Shown here: positions 31,254-41,832 of the stretch, one piece after another
Layout of the letters: each line of letters begins with the position of its first letter
Numbering within the stretch: the stretch's first letter is position 1
Assembly: GCA_028708605.1 (NCBI GenBank)
Contig: JAQVYS010000002.1
Location: 82-64,081, forward strand
DNA from: Bacillota bacterium
GTDB lineage: Bacteria; Bacillota; DTU065
Direction: 5' to 3'
Length of the DNA: 64,000 nucleotides
Program-made: the position numbers and the translations under genes
Notes under the pieces: model-generated
What the model saw: the letters and a program-made list of their open reading frames with translations, nothing else
Told to the model about the DNA's origin: nothing
The model's database searches: none

Positions 31254-33641
31254 CTATAAAGTTATTTCATCTGTATCTCTTAAAGCATTTTTTAACACTT
31301 CATCCATGTGCCCAACTGGAATAACCGTTAGACCTTTAAGAATCTCTTTTGGCACCTCTTTTAGGTCTCTCTCATTGGTTTTAGGTATTAAAACTGTCTT
31401 AATGCCAGCCCTTTGGGCTCCTAAGAGTTTCTCCTTTAAACCACCAATAGGCAAGACTCTTCCTCTTAGAGTAATCTCTCCTGTCATAGCAATATCCCAG
31501 CGCACTGGTTTTTCACTTAAAGCTGAAACTAAGGCTGTTGCCATTGTGATACCTGCTGAAGGACCTTCTTTTGGCACTGCTCCTTCAGGTACATGAATAT
31601 GGATATCCTTTGTCTTATGGAAATCTAAATCGATACCAAGATCCTCAGCGCGATAACGGATATAGCTAAGTGCTGCCTGAGCTGATTCCTTCATAACATC
31701 CCCTAGCTTACCTGTTAGAGTGAGACCTCCTTTGCCAGGGACTATACTTACCTCTATAGAGACAATATCTCCCCCTACAGGAGTCCACACTAGTCCTGTT
31801 GCAACGCCTACCTTATCTTCAGTCTCAGCGAGCCCGAAGGTATAATGGCGGACACCCAAATACTTCTCTAAGCTGCTGCGTGAGATTCGCACAGGTTTTT
31901 CTTTACCTAAGACAATCTCTTTAGCAGCTTTGCGATATAAACTGGCAAGAGTACGTTCTAGGCTTCTTACTCCAGCCTCTTTTGTATATTCCCTAATTAT
32001 GGTCAAAACTGCAGCCTTAGAGATCTCTACATCACCTGCTTTTAGCCCATGAGCTTCTAACTGCTTAGGCATAAGATGACGCAAAGCTATCTCCAGCTTC
32101 TCTAACTCTGTATAGCCAGGGATCTCAATTACCTCCATACGATCCCAAAGTGGCTGTGGTATAGCTGCCGCGTTATTAGCTGTAGTAATAAACATCACTC
32201 TAGAAAGATCAAAAGGGACTTCTAAGAAATGATCCTGGAAAGCATTGTTTTGCTCTGGATCCAAAACCTCTAGAAGCGCTGATGCAGGATCGCCTTTGAA
32301 GTCAGAAGACATCTTGTCCACTTCATCAAGGAGTATTACTGGATTTTTAGATTTGGCATCACGCATGGACTGAATAATCTTGCCAGGCAAGGCTCCAACA
32401 TAGGTTCTTCTATGTCCTCTAATCTCTGCTTCGTCGCGAACCCCACCTAAAGAAAAGCGCACAAATTTACGGTTTAAGGCGCGAGCTACTGATTTTGCAA
32501 GAGATGTTTTTCCGACTCCAGGTGGTCCAACTAGACAAAGAATAGGACCTTTCATGCTTTTAGTTAGTTTTCTAACAGCTAAAAACTCTAAGATTCTCTC
32601 CTTAATCTTGTCTAGACCATAATGATCAGCATCAAGTATATTTTCAGCCTTAACAATATCTATATTATCCTTAGTCTCAGTTTTCCAAGGCAAAGCAATA
32701 ATCCAATCCAAATAATTGCGTACAACTACTGCCTCAGCAGTTCCAGGAGGCATCTTTTCAAGTCTTGATACCTCTTTTAAAGCCTTCTCTTTAGTATCAG
32801 CACTTAGAGCTAACTTCTCGATTTTCTCTCTGTATTCGTCAAGCTCTTCAGCCTTATCATCGTCTTCGCCGAGTTCCTGTCTAATAGCTCTAAGCTGCTC
32901 TCTTAGATAATAGTCTCTTTGACTTTTGTCCATCTGCCTTCTTACGCGGCTAGAAATGTTTTTCTCCAATTCTAAGATCTCCAGCTCCCTTGAAAGAAGA
33001 ACATTAAGAAGCTCTAAGCGTTCTTTGACATCAAAGGTCGCTAAGGCCTGCTGTTTATCCTCGATTCTAATGGCAAGCTGGGATGCTATGTTGTCTGCAA
33101 GCTTTCCTGGCTCTTTGATGTCATCTAACGCTGCTACAACTTCCAAAGGAAGCTTTTTTGAGAGCTTTACATATTTTTCGAAAAAAGTAGAAGCACTACG
33201 CATCAAAGCTTCAGTTTCTTTGTCTATACTTTCATCTATATCTAGGATCTCTACTTTTGCAGTATAATAGGGTTCAATCTGCACCAAGTGGTGTACTTTA
33301 ACTCTGCTTAAACCTTCGACTAGAATCCTAATATGACCCTCTGGTAGTTTTAACAATTGTTTTATCTCTACCATAGTCCCTATATCGTAGATATCATCTG
33401 TCTCAGGCTCTTTAACTCTAGCTTCTTTTTGAGCGACTAGAATAAGCTTCCTATCGTCAACCATCGCCTGTTCTAAGGCGTTAATAGATCGTTCTCTTCC
33501 CACCTCAAGTGGTGTTACCATCCCAGGATAAACTAACATACCTCTAAGAGGCATTAATGGCCATTCTTCCCTTAAGGAGGTCATCGGCTTTTCTCTATCA
33601 CTAAGGTTCTGGCGCTGTACATCTTTTTGCATAATCGCCAC
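31254..33641 (-). CDS. lon: ATP-dependent protease Lon (LonA)
   Basis: Lon N-domain, AAA+ domain (GPPGVGKTS) and S16 protease domain (…[11 protein letters not shown]…). The likely true start is the ATG at 33632, which follows GGAGG. Confidence 0.92.
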   Translation of the reverse strand: MAIMQKDVQRQNLSDREKPMTSLREEWPLMPLRGMLVYPGMVTPLEVGRERSINALEQAMVDDRKLILVAQKEARVKEPETDDIYDIGTMVEIKQLLKLPEGHIRILVEGLSRVKVHHLVQIEPYYTAKVEILDIDESIDKETEALMRSASTFFEKYVKLSKKLPLEVVAALDDIKEPGKLADNIASQLAIRIEDKQQALATFDVKERLELLNVLLSRELEILELEKNISSRVRRQMDKSQRDYYLREQLRAIRQELGEDDDKAEELDEYREKIEKLALSADTKEKALKEVSRLEKMPPGTAEAVVVRNYLDWIIALPWKTETKDNIDIVKAENILDADHYGLDKIKERILEFLAVRKLTKSMKGPILCLVGPPGVGKTSLAKSVARALNRKFVRFSLGGVRDEAEIRGHRRTYVGALPGKIIQSMRDAKSKNPVILLDEVDKMSSDFKGDPASALLEVLDPEQNNAFQDHFLEVPFDLSRVMFITTANNAAAIPQPLWDRMEVIEIPGYTELEKLEIALRHLMPKQLEAHGLKAGDVEISKAAVLTIIREYTKEAGVRSLERTLASLYRKAAKEIVLGKEKPVRISRSSLEKYLGVRHYTFGLAETEDKVGVATGLVWTPVGGDIVSIEVSIVPGKGGLTLTGKLGDVMKESAQAALSYIRYRAEDLGIDLDFHKTKDIHIHVPEGAVPKEGPSAGITMATALVSALSEKPVRWDIAMTGEITLRGRVLPIGGLKEKLLGAQRAGIKTVLIPKTNERDLKEVPKEILKGLTVIPVGHMDEVLKNALRDTDEITL

Positions 33642-33661
33642 CTCCAGTTCTCATATAGCAA

Positions 33662-35326
33662 TTACCCATTTGCACTGGTTACCAAACTACCTGACGCAAC
33701 TAAATAATTTGTTTTTCCAAAGACTTCATCGAGCATTTCTTCAACGTTTGTTACAGAAATCACATCTAAGGGGTAACTCGCAAAATAGCTTTGATAGTTG
33801 GCTTTCGGAATAAAGACCTTTTTTACACCAGCTCTTACTGCTGCATCGATCTTTGAGGTTACTCCACCTACGGGACGGACCATACCTCTTACACTCACCT
33901 CACCTGTGAAGGCTAAGTCGTTTGGAATAGGTTCATTTTTAATTGCCGAATAAAGCAAAGCGACTAAGGCAAGACCTGCTGAAGGTCCATCTACTGGTGA
34001 GCCTCCCGGAAAATTGATGTGAATATGATAACAAGATAGTTCTAGTTCTAAAACAGAACCTAAAACAGTCAGGACGTTTTCAAGCGAGGAGCGAGCCATA
34101 CTTTTTCGCTTTAGTCTTTGACCATACGCTTGACCAATCTCCTCTTCTTCTACTATACCAGTTACTACAAGCTTTCCTTCGCCTTTTGCCACAGGAAAAG
34201 CTCGAGCTTCTATATCCATCACAGAACCTAGATGTGGTCCGTAAACTGCAAGCCCATTCACTGCACCGACAATTTTATCACTGCTAACTCTAGTCAGTGG
34301 TCTTGGCAAATAGTGGCCAGAGTTAACAACCCACTCTACGTCCTCTTGACTTATACTGTCTTTCCCTTCACTTAAGACTAAACCTTCTGCAATCTGTACC
34401 ATATTTACTGCATCCCGACCTGAATAAGCATGTTGGGTAATAACGTCGATCACTCGGTCATCATACTTTGCTCCAATCTTAGTTAGAGCGTTTAACGCAA
34501 TCTTTGAGATTTCATCTTCAGTTAAAGCCCTGAAAAAGATCTCATTACACCTAGACCTAAGCGCAGGCGGTATCTCTTCTGGGCTTCTTGTTGTAGCTCC
34601 TATTAGGCGAAAATCTGCTGGCAGACCGTTTTTAAAGATATCATGAATGTGCTCTGGTATACTCTTATTGTCTGACGAGTAATAAGCACTCTCTAAAAAC
34701 ACGCGACGATCCTCAAGGACCTTAAGAAGACGATTCATTTGAATGGGATGAAGCTCCCCAATTTCATCTAAAAACAAAATGCCTCCATGAGCTTTTGTTA
34801 CTGCACCAGGCTTTGGTTGAGGCACTCCAGCTACTCCGAGTGGCCCTGCTCCTTGATAGATCGGGTCATGGACTGAACCCATCAAAGGGTCAGCTATACC
34901 CCTGTCGTCAAATCTTGCTGTAGTGGCATCTATCTCAATAAAGGCGGCCTCTGGTAGAAATGGTGTGGCTTTTGAACGCTTAGCTTCTTCTAAAACAACT
35001 CTAGCTGCAGCTGTTTTGCCTACTCCTGGTGGTCCATAAACTATAACATGCTGAGGATGAGGTCCGAACAAGGCTGCTCTCAGTGCACGCAGGCCATCTT
35101 CTTGTCCGACAAGATCCTTAAAGTGTGTTGGTCGTGTTTTTTCTGACAGTGGCTCTGAAAGAGAGATCGATCGTAAGTGTAGTAGTTTGTCCATCTCTTT
35201 TTGGCTTTCTTTTTCTACTGCCGTCTTACTTCCTTGTTGCGCTTTTAATAAGTTCCAAAAGTAAACACCTACAATAATAGAAAAAACCATGCTTAATATT
35301 ACTAAAAACTGTACAAAGGCATTCAT
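33662..35326 (-). CDS. lonB: membrane-anchored Lon-like ATP-dependent protease LonB (sporulation-type)
   Basis: N-terminal TM helix, AAA+ Walker A (GPPGVGKTA) and a C-terminal Lon S16 domain (…GPSAGLALV…). 554 aa, and the clpX-lonB-lonA order matches Bacillus. Confidence 0.7.
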   Translation of the reverse strand: MNAFVQFLVILSMVFSIIVGVYFWNLLKAQQGSKTAVEKESQKEMDKLLHLRSISLSEPLSEKTRPTHFKDLVGQEDGLRALRAALFGPHPQHVIVYGPPGVGKTAAARVVLEEAKRSKATPFLPEAAFIEIDATTARFDDRGIADPLMGSVHDPIYQGAGPLGVAGVPQPKPGAVTKAHGGILFLDEIGELHPIQMNRLLKVLEDRRVFLESAYYSSDNKSIPEHIHDIFKNGLPADFRLIGATTRSPEEIPPALRSRCNEIFFRALTEDEISKIALNALTKIGAKYDDRVIDVITQHAYSGRDAVNMVQIAEGLVLSEGKDSISQEDVEWVVNSGHYLPRPLTRVSSDKIVGAVNGLAVYGPHLGSVMDIEARAFPVAKGEGKLVVTGIVEEEEIGQAYGQRLKRKSMARSSLENVLTVLGSVLELELSCYHIHINFPGGSPVDGPSAGLALVALLYSAIKNEPIPNDLAFTGEVSVRGMVRPVGGVTSKIDAAVRAGVKKVFIPKANYQSYFASYPLDVISVTNVEEMLDEVFGKTNYLVASGSLVTSANG

Positions 35327-35456
35327 CGGCAGGCCTCCTTTTAACTAACTGCTTTGTTAGTATATCCATGGCCTTCGCCTTTAACCTGCCTATTTCAAGG
35401 TTAACAAAAGAACTCCCGAAAAACGGGAGTTCTAAAACTTCTTTTACAATCGGTTT

Positions 35457-36704
35457 CTAAGCGGTTTCTTCCTTGTGGCTTTTAGATACCAAAGGTTTAG
35501 TTCCATTTTTTACTACTTCATCTGTTATCCGCACAGACTTTATATCAGATTCTGAAGGTATTTCAAACATCAACTCTAGCATAAGGTCTTCTAAAATAGC
35601 ACGCAATCCTCTAGCTCCAGTCTTCCTTTCGATGGCTTTTTGAGCTATAGCTGTTAAAGCTCCGTCCTCGAAAGTCAGCTTTACATTATCCAGTTCTAGT
35701 AGTTTTTGATACTGCTTAACAAGAGCATTTTTGGGTTCCTGTAAGATCCTAACCAATGCATCTTCATCAAGTGCATCTAAGGAACACAGAATTGGCACAC
35801 GTCCGACGAATTCGGGAATCAGACCATATTTTAGTAGATCCTCAGGCATAACTTGCTTTAAGATCTCACCAATTGCTTTTTCAGCTGTAGCCTTTACCGT
35901 GCCACCAAAACCTAGACTACGTTTTCCTGTGCGACGCTCAATAATCTTTTCAAGACCATCAAATGCTCCACCACAGATAAAGAGAATGTTAGTGGTGTCT
36001 ATTTGGATAAATTCCTGATGAGGATGTTTTCTACCACCTTGTGGTGGGACATTTGCTACAGTACCTTCTAAAATTTTCAAAAGAGCCTGTTGCACACCTT
36101 CTCCAGATACATCCCTAGTAATCGAAGGATTGTCAGATTTGCGTGAGATCTTGTCGATCTCATCGACATAGACAATACCACGTTCAGCTTTTTCAATATC
36201 ATAATCAGCTGCCTGAATCAATCTCAGTAGGATATTCTCTACATCTTCGCCAACATAGCCAGCTTCAGTCAATGTTGTCGCATCTGCTATGGCAAATGGT
36301 ACATTGAGAATCTTAGCAAGTGTTTGAGCAAGAAGAGTCTTACCAGAGCCTGTAGGTCCAAGAAGTAAGATGTTGCTCTTTTGCAACTCAACATCATCAT
36401 TCTTAGAGCTATAAGTAATCCTTTTGTAATGATTATAAACAGCAACCGCTAAAATTCTTTTTGCGTCTTCTTGACCGATAACATATTCATCAAGAACGGC
36501 TTTGATCTCTTTTGGCTTAGGAACTAATTGAAGACTGTCGTCAATTTCATCAGCGAACTCTTCTTCAATGATCTCATTACATAGTTCAATACAGTCAGTA
36601 CAGATGTATACACCTGGACCAGCAATAAGCTTTTTGACGTGTTCTTGCGGCTTACCACAAAAAGAACACTTCAATTGATTTTTTTCGTCACTATACTTGG
36701 GCAT
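35457..36704 (-). CDS. clpX: ATP-dependent Clp protease ATP-binding subunit ClpX
   Basis: N-terminal C4 zinc finger (CSFCGK…CTDC), Walker A GPTGSGKT and an IGF-like loop. 415 aa. Confidence 0.95.
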   Translation of the reverse strand: MPKYSDEKNQLKCSFCGKPQEHVKKLIAGPGVYICTDCIELCNEIIEEEFADEIDDSLQLVPKPKEIKAVLDEYVIGQEDAKRILAVAVYNHYKRITYSSKNDDVELQKSNILLLGPTGSGKTLLAQTLAKILNVPFAIADATTLTEAGYVGEDVENILLRLIQAADYDIEKAERGIVYVDEIDKISRKSDNPSITRDVSGEGVQQALLKILEGTVANVPPQGGRKHPHQEFIQIDTTNILFICGGAFDGLEKIIERRTGKRSLGFGGTVKATAEKAIGEILKQVMPEDLLKYGLIPEFVGRVPILCSLDALDEDALVRILQEPKNALVKQYQKLLELDNVKLTFEDGALTAIAQKAIERKTGARGLRAILEDLMLELMFEIPSESDIKSVRITDEVVKNGTKPLVSKSHKEETA

Positions 36705-36740
36705 TTAGCTCACCCCACTGTCTCCAGTTTCGGTGACGAA

Positions 36741-38066
36741 TTAAGCCTGGAGATCCTCAGGCTCAACCACCTGTTCCTCCACTGAGGCATGTTCCACTAA
36801 AAACTGGAGAGTTTTTTGAGTTTGTAATTCATAGCGTAGGTCGTCTAAGCGATTATTTTGCTCATAGTATTCGCGTATAACGTCCTTTGCCATCTGATAG
36901 TTTTCTGCCATCTCTTCAAGCTTTAAATCGAGCTCATCTTCTGAGACCTCGATGTTCTCTTTAAGAGCTATTTCTTTTAGTATAAAGTAGTTTTTCACTT
37001 GTGTAACTGCTTGAGGTCTAAGGTCTGCTTTTATAGCTTCGTCATCTTTCTTAGAATGCTCTAAATATAATTCCCAGCTAATGCCTTGATATTCAACGCG
37101 AGACTTAAAATCATTTATAATTTGCTCGACTTGGAGCTCAACCATTGAAGGAGGAGCGTCAAACTCAGACTCTTCTAATAGCTTTGTTAGAATCTGATCT
37201 TCTAATTCATGAGCTGCTTGATGGTCATAGCTTTTTTGCAGGTCTTCTTTAATTTGGACTCTATATTCATCGAGAGTTTCTTTGTCACTGACATCTTTTG
37301 CAAATTCATCGTCTAGCTCAGGGAGCTCCTCTTTTTTGATCTCATTTACCTTTACCTCAAAGATGCTCTCTTTTCCTTTTAACGCTTCATGATGGTAATC
37401 TTCTGGGAAGGTTACAGTTACCTTACCTTCTTCACCTATCTTTTGCCCTATTAACTGGTCTTCGAAACCAGGAATAAAGGAGTTACTACCGATTTCGAGT
37501 GTGTAATTTTCAGCAGCACCTCCTTCAAACGGTTCGCCGTCGACAAACCCTTTGAAGTCAAAAAGGATGTAATCGCCTTCTTCAACAGTGTCACGATCCT
37601 CAACAGCTACTAATTGGCTATGACGCTTTTGCAAATCTTTTAGCACGTTGTCAACTTCGTCATCTGTTGCTTTTTTTACCTTTTTTACTGCTTTAACACC
37701 TTTATATTCTGGCAGCTCAATTTCTGGAAGTATATCAACAACAATATTATATATAAAATCTTTATCCGCCTCAACCTGTTCTACTTCATATTCAGGTTCG
37801 GAAAAAGGTTTAACATCATTACTTTGAATCGCATTTGCATAAGTTTTGCTAATAGCAATTTGTGCAGCTTCACTTAAAACATAGTTCTCACCTAAACGCG
37901 AAATAACTATCTGCTTAGGGGCTTTGCCTTTTCTAAATCCAGGAATGTTTACTTCTCTACTTAGATTACTGACAGCGCTGTTATAGAAATCTTTAAACTC
38001 TTTTGCAGGGATAGTTACTTTGAGGGTAGCCCTGCCTCCCTCGTTCTTTACTAATTCACTATTCAA
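36741..38066 (-). CDS. tig: trigger factor
   Basis: 441 aa with an N-terminal ribosome-binding region and an FKBP-like PPIase domain, located upstream of clpX. Confidence 0.9.
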   Translation of the reverse strand: MNSELVKNEGGRATLKVTIPAKEFKDFYNSAVSNLSREVNIPGFRKGKAPKQIVISRLGENYVLSEAAQIAISKTYANAIQSNDVKPFSEPEYEVEQVEADKDFIYNIVVDILPEIELPEYKGVKAVKKVKKATDDEVDNVLKDLQKRHSQLVAVEDRDTVEEGDYILFDFKGFVDGEPFEGGAAENYTLEIGSNSFIPGFEDQLIGQKIGEEGKVTVTFPEDYHHEALKGKESIFEVKVNEIKKEELPELDDEFAKDVSDKETLDEYRVQIKEDLQKSYDHQAAHELEDQILTKLLEESEFDAPPSMVELQVEQIINDFKSRVEYQGISWELYLEHSKKDDEAIKADLRPQAVTQVKNYFILKEIALKENIEVSEDELDLKLEEMAENYQMAKDVIREYYEQNNRLDDLRYELQTQKTLQFLVEHASVEEQVVEPEDLQA

Positions 38067-38178
38067 AATTAAGTCCTCCCTTAAAACATACCATTTACTG
38101 CTTATACCGGGATAAATTAAGTGCTTTTTGTCTAAAAAAAATACTCGGTAGTAGCCGAGAGCGATGTAAATTTGGTTA

Positions 38179-38264
38179 TGGTGCGGACGGAGGGAGTTGA
38201 ACCCTCACGGAGGTTATCCACTAGATCCTAAGTCTAGCGCGTCTGCCAATTCCGCCACGTCCGC
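38179..38264 (-). tRNA. tRNA-Leu (anticodon UAG), CCA-encoded
   Basis: The minus strand reads GCGGACGTGGCGGAATTGGCAGACGCGCTAGACTTAGGATCTAG…GGTTCAACTCCCTCCGTCCGCACCA. The cloverleaf has a long variable arm, and the anticodon loop CTTAGGA places TAG at positions 34–36. Confidence 0.85.
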
Positions 38265-38346
38265 ATTTATTGAAGTATCTTTTGGTCAACAAAGTGATTA
38301 TAAACCACAAACTGAGATAAGGTCAAGGGAAAAAGGCAAAAAAGTT

Positions 38347-39132
38347 TTATCTATAGAGGATTTTGTTATTTTTTAATAACTCTTTTAAAAGACGTGCGCT
38401 TCTTACTGCTCCAGCGCTATAGTGGTTATTAAAAGCTACATAACTCTCTCTAAAGCTAGTTTCTAGATATTCTAGACGTGGTAGCCATTCACCAAGTTCA
38501 TCTGTAGAGTATTCGTAGGTATAACGTTCGTGCGAAGCCTTATTATTCCACCATTTACTGTGGTTTCTACCGTGAAATCTTACATACCCAACTGTACCTG
38601 AATCTAAGACGATTGGAGGTAAAAGACCACTTAAAACAGGCTCATCAACGGAAGTAATATTTAAGTCCTCATCTCTTACAAAGTCCAGTGCTTCTAGTTT
38701 TGCCCAACTGTTGTGTCTAAATTCAAAGGTCAGTTGATATTTTGGAAAAAAGTCCCTGAGTCTTAAAAGATAGCTTTTAGATTCATCATTACATTTAAAG
38801 CTATAGGGAAATTGGGCAAGAAGTAGTACTAGCTTTTCGTTCATACCAGGAAGTGCTTGTACAAAACTAGAATCAAGTGTTTTTTCATGAGTAAAAGATT
38901 GGTGCAGCTTTAAGGCAAATTTAAAATCATCTGGTACTGCAAGCGCCATTTTTTCTAGGTTTTTTGCCTCTGGAATCCTATAGAAGGTATAGTTTAATTC
39001 GAGAAAATTAAACTCTTTGCTATAAAAACTTAGCTGATCTATACTTTTAAGGGACTTTGGGTAAAATTTACCATTCCAATCTTTGTAGGAGTATCCCGAT
39101 GTGCCTATATAGATCACAGCTATCTCCCCCAT
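38347..39132 (-). CDS. DUF72 (UPF0759) family protein
   Basis: MGEIAVIYIGTSGYSYKDWNGKFYP… is the hallmark DUF72 N-terminus. 261 aa. Confidence 0.7.
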   Translation of the reverse strand: MGEIAVIYIGTSGYSYKDWNGKFYPKSLKSIDQLSFYSKEFNFLELNYTFYRIPEAKNLEKMALAVPDDFKFALKLHQSFTHEKTLDSSFVQALPGMNEKLVLLLAQFPYSFKCNDESKSYLLRLRDFFPKYQLTFEFRHNSWAKLEALDFVRDEDLNITSVDEPVLSGLLPPIVLDSGTVGYVRFHGRNHSKWWNNKASHERYTYEYSTDELGEWLPRLEYLETSFRESYVAFNNHYSAGAVRSARLLKELLKNNKILYR

Positions 39133-39155
39133 TTAAAAATAGGGGGGAGAACCCC
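39126..39155 (-). terminator. rho-independent terminator downstream of the second spoVT paralog
   Basis: On the minus strand: GGGGGGGTTCTCCCCCCTATTTTTAAAT. Confidence 0.55.
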
Positions 39156-39164
39156 CCCAGAAAA

Positions 39165-39713
39165 TTAGCTAGTAAGTTGTTTGCCTAAAAATCCTGCAGC
39201 TGTTTGAACTAAACGACTCTCAAGGGAGCCAATTTTTTTATCATCTTTAGAGAATACCACAATAAAGCCTGCACTAATATCATCTGCTTTGATCATAGCT
39301 ATTGCAGCTGATTCACCGTAGATGCCCTCAATTATTGGTGTTTTTTGATTCAATGTTACTGCCCCTTCATTTTCTCTGGCAAGCTGAATTATCTCGTGAG
39401 ACAGTTCTTTGCCTAAATAGGTCTTTTTAGGACCGCCTGCAACAGCAACTATCTCATGCTCGTCAGAGACTAGAGCAGTGTAACCAGTCGACTCCGAAAG
39501 CGAGTCTGCATACTCTTGGGCAAAATACTCCACATCAGCGACAGGGGAATATTTCTTTAATATTACTTCTCCATCGCGATCTACGAAAATCTCCAAGGGG
39601 TCGCCTTCTCGAATGCGCAAAGTTCTGCGAATCTCCTTAGGTATTACTACTCTACCTAGGTCATCTATTCTACGCACAATCCCTGTAGCTTTCACGCGCA
39701 ATCCCTCCTTCAC
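39165..39713 (-). CDS. SpoVT/AbrB-GAF family regulator (second paralog)
   Basis: …VKATGIVRRIDDLGRVVIPKEIRRTLRIREGDPLEIF… plus a GAF-like C-terminus. It is about 60% identical by eye to the protein at 28784–29329 across the N-domain. Confidence 0.65.
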   Translation of the reverse strand: MKEGLRVKATGIVRRIDDLGRVVIPKEIRRTLRIREGDPLEIFVDRDGEVILKKYSPVADVEYFAQEYADSLSESTGYTALVSDEHEIVAVAGGPKKTYLGKELSHEIIQLARENEGAVTLNQKTPIIEGIYGESAAIAMIKADDISAGFIVVFSKDDKKIGSLESRLVQTAAGFLGKQLTS

Positions 39714-39781
39714 TCCTATTCTATCTAGAAATGAGGGAGTTTATGATAGAAAAATAATATTTATCTGTTACTGGTGTTTTT

Positions 39782-40666
39782 TCATATATTAATTTTTATA
39801 TTTGAGTTGGTTTTTAAAGCTTGAAGCATCTCTTCGCTATAAACGCTAACAAGATAGTCTACGTAAGCCTGTTCTACTTGATCTTTAATTTCACTAAATT
39901 CCGGATTACTTTCCTCACGGATATCTTCTACATAAACTACATGCCAGCCATAGTCACTCTTAATTGGCTGAGAATAAGTTCCTTTTGCAAGCTGGAAAGC
40001 CACATCGGTAACTCCTACCCACTGATCTTCTATACTCATATACCCAATTAAGCCACCTTCTTGATTGGTGCCTGGATCAACTGAGTATCTCTCAGCGACA
40101 CTGCCAAAGTCTTCGCCTCTGGCTAGTTCGGCATAAGCCTTTTTTGCATCAGCCTCGCTTATTGTAAAGATGTGTCTTACTAGTCTTAGCTCAGGTGTTT
40201 GGAAAAGATCCTTATTGCTTTCATAATAAGTTACAATAGCCGTTTCATCAATAGGCACCTGATTTAAGATGATTTTTTCGATATAAAGATTATGCCGAAT
40301 ACTATCTTTAAGATCAGCCTCAGAAACGTTGGCATCTGTTAAAAATCTCAGATAGAGATCGTCTCCTCCTAAAGCCTCTTTGATCTCTTGAAGTCTTTTA
40401 GTAACGTCATTTTCTAAAACTGTTACTCCAACTGCTTTAGCTTCTTGCTCTACTAAGATCTCTTCAATAATCGCATTAAGCTGAGTCTCTTTATTTCTAG
40501 AAAGAATACGTTCTACCAAAAAATCTGTAGTAATTGTATCTTCATTGACAACAGCAAGTACATTTGGCTGAGATGCATCCCACCACATATATCCCAGAAA
40601 AATATTAGCAACTACAGAAACAGTTAATAGGGTAGCTAAAATTGCAATTCCAGGTTTCTTAGACAT
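39782..40666 (-). CDS. PrsA-like parvulin-type peptidyl-prolyl isomerase (membrane-anchored foldase)
   Basis: A TM or signal anchor is followed by a SurA-N-like region and a PpiC domain (…GGLIGYMS…GWHVVYVED…). The start is trimmed to the ATG at 40666, which follows GGGAGAG. Confidence 0.6.
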   Translation of the reverse strand: MSKKPGIAILATLLTVSVVANIFLGYMWWDASQPNVLAVVNEDTITTDFLVERILSRNKETQLNAIIEEILVEQEAKAVGVTVLENDVTKRLQEIKEALGGDDLYLRFLTDANVSEADLKDSIRHNLYIEKIILNQVPIDETAIVTYYESNKDLFQTPELRLVRHIFTISEADAKKAYAELARGEDFGSVAERYSVDPGTNQEGGLIGYMSIEDQWVGVTDVAFQLAKGTYSQPIKSDYGWHVVYVEDIREESNPEFSEIKDQVEQAYVDYLVSVYSEEMLQALKTNSNIKINI

Positions 40667-41832
40667 ATTTACTCTCCCTTCAGTCACTTTTATCTCTTCT
40701 TGTTAGTTCGACTAATAGGCTCTTGATACCTTTGGTATACCTAACACTAAATATTCTTTTATTCATATAATTTTACACAATCATGTTAAAACCTACTTTT
40801 AAAACTATAAGTTGTGTTTTTTACTAAATAGTTCTAGCTTGACCTCACATTACAATTAGCACGATTGTCTTTGGGCAAAAAAGGTCATAGTGTTTTAGCC
40901 ATGACCTTTGGCTTTTATTTGTTTAACCTGGCAAATTCATTTGATGACTTTTCCATAGAGCAAGCGCAATTCCACCTACAAGTGCAGTAAATGGCACTAC
41001 AATACAAGGCCAATGTTGCTAACTGATAACAACAATTGGCTGTAAACAGATATTCAACAGGCTGAACGCATCTTACTGATTAGTTTTTGTTTTTCGTACG
41101 TAGAGAGTCCGTAATGTATTTGACTGATTTGGGTTAAAAACATAAACCTCAAGATCAACGAACTAACAGCGGGATCGAAAGCTAATATTACTTGCTTAGC
41201 AAAAACCATTCTTCATACTTATCAATTAATACTGCAATAATAAATAGACTAACCGCAGGGTCATTTTAAAAAGACTCGAATTACCCTTTCCCAACAGCGC
41301 CTTTTTTTTACGCAGTTAGTAATTTTAAGTTTAGCATCTCCTCCATAGTAATTAGCAGAGCTTCTTCATTGCCTTGTGGATTAGTTTAGTTTGCTAGACA
41401 AGAGGTTCTAGTCTTCTGGCTATAGCATCTTTCTTTATCGTCCGCTTTTCTACAGACGATTATTTTTTGCTCCATTGTCTGGGTAAAGAACAAGAGGCAG
41501 TATGTCCTTAACCAGTTCATATACAGCGAAGTAAAAATCAATGTTTGAATTTGATTCTGAATCGACGGAATTTTTAAGCTGGATCATTTCTTAACATCAT
41601 CTTGATCTGTTTGTTACCTAAAAGCACTCAATCGTACATACTAAGTTAGTACTCCCTTGTATTTTCCTTTTGACACGATTATATGTACATTATTGGACAC
41701 TAGACTGTTTTGACGCAGAAAAAACCATATAATTGTTCTATGTTTGCTCAAATTGGCAGGGATTTACAAACTTTTGATGAAAAATTTACATGCAATATAG
41801 TTTCAACTTAAGGAGAGAAGAGGAGAGGGAAT

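Noticed and set aside
40688-41832. Replication origin or DnaA-box cluster in the long non-coding gap at the minus/plus strand switch.
   Set aside because: I found no repeated TTATCCACA-like boxes or an AT-rich DUE by eye. The flanking genes (a PrsA-like gene, a GDPD gene) are not the dnaA/dnaN context expected at oriC.
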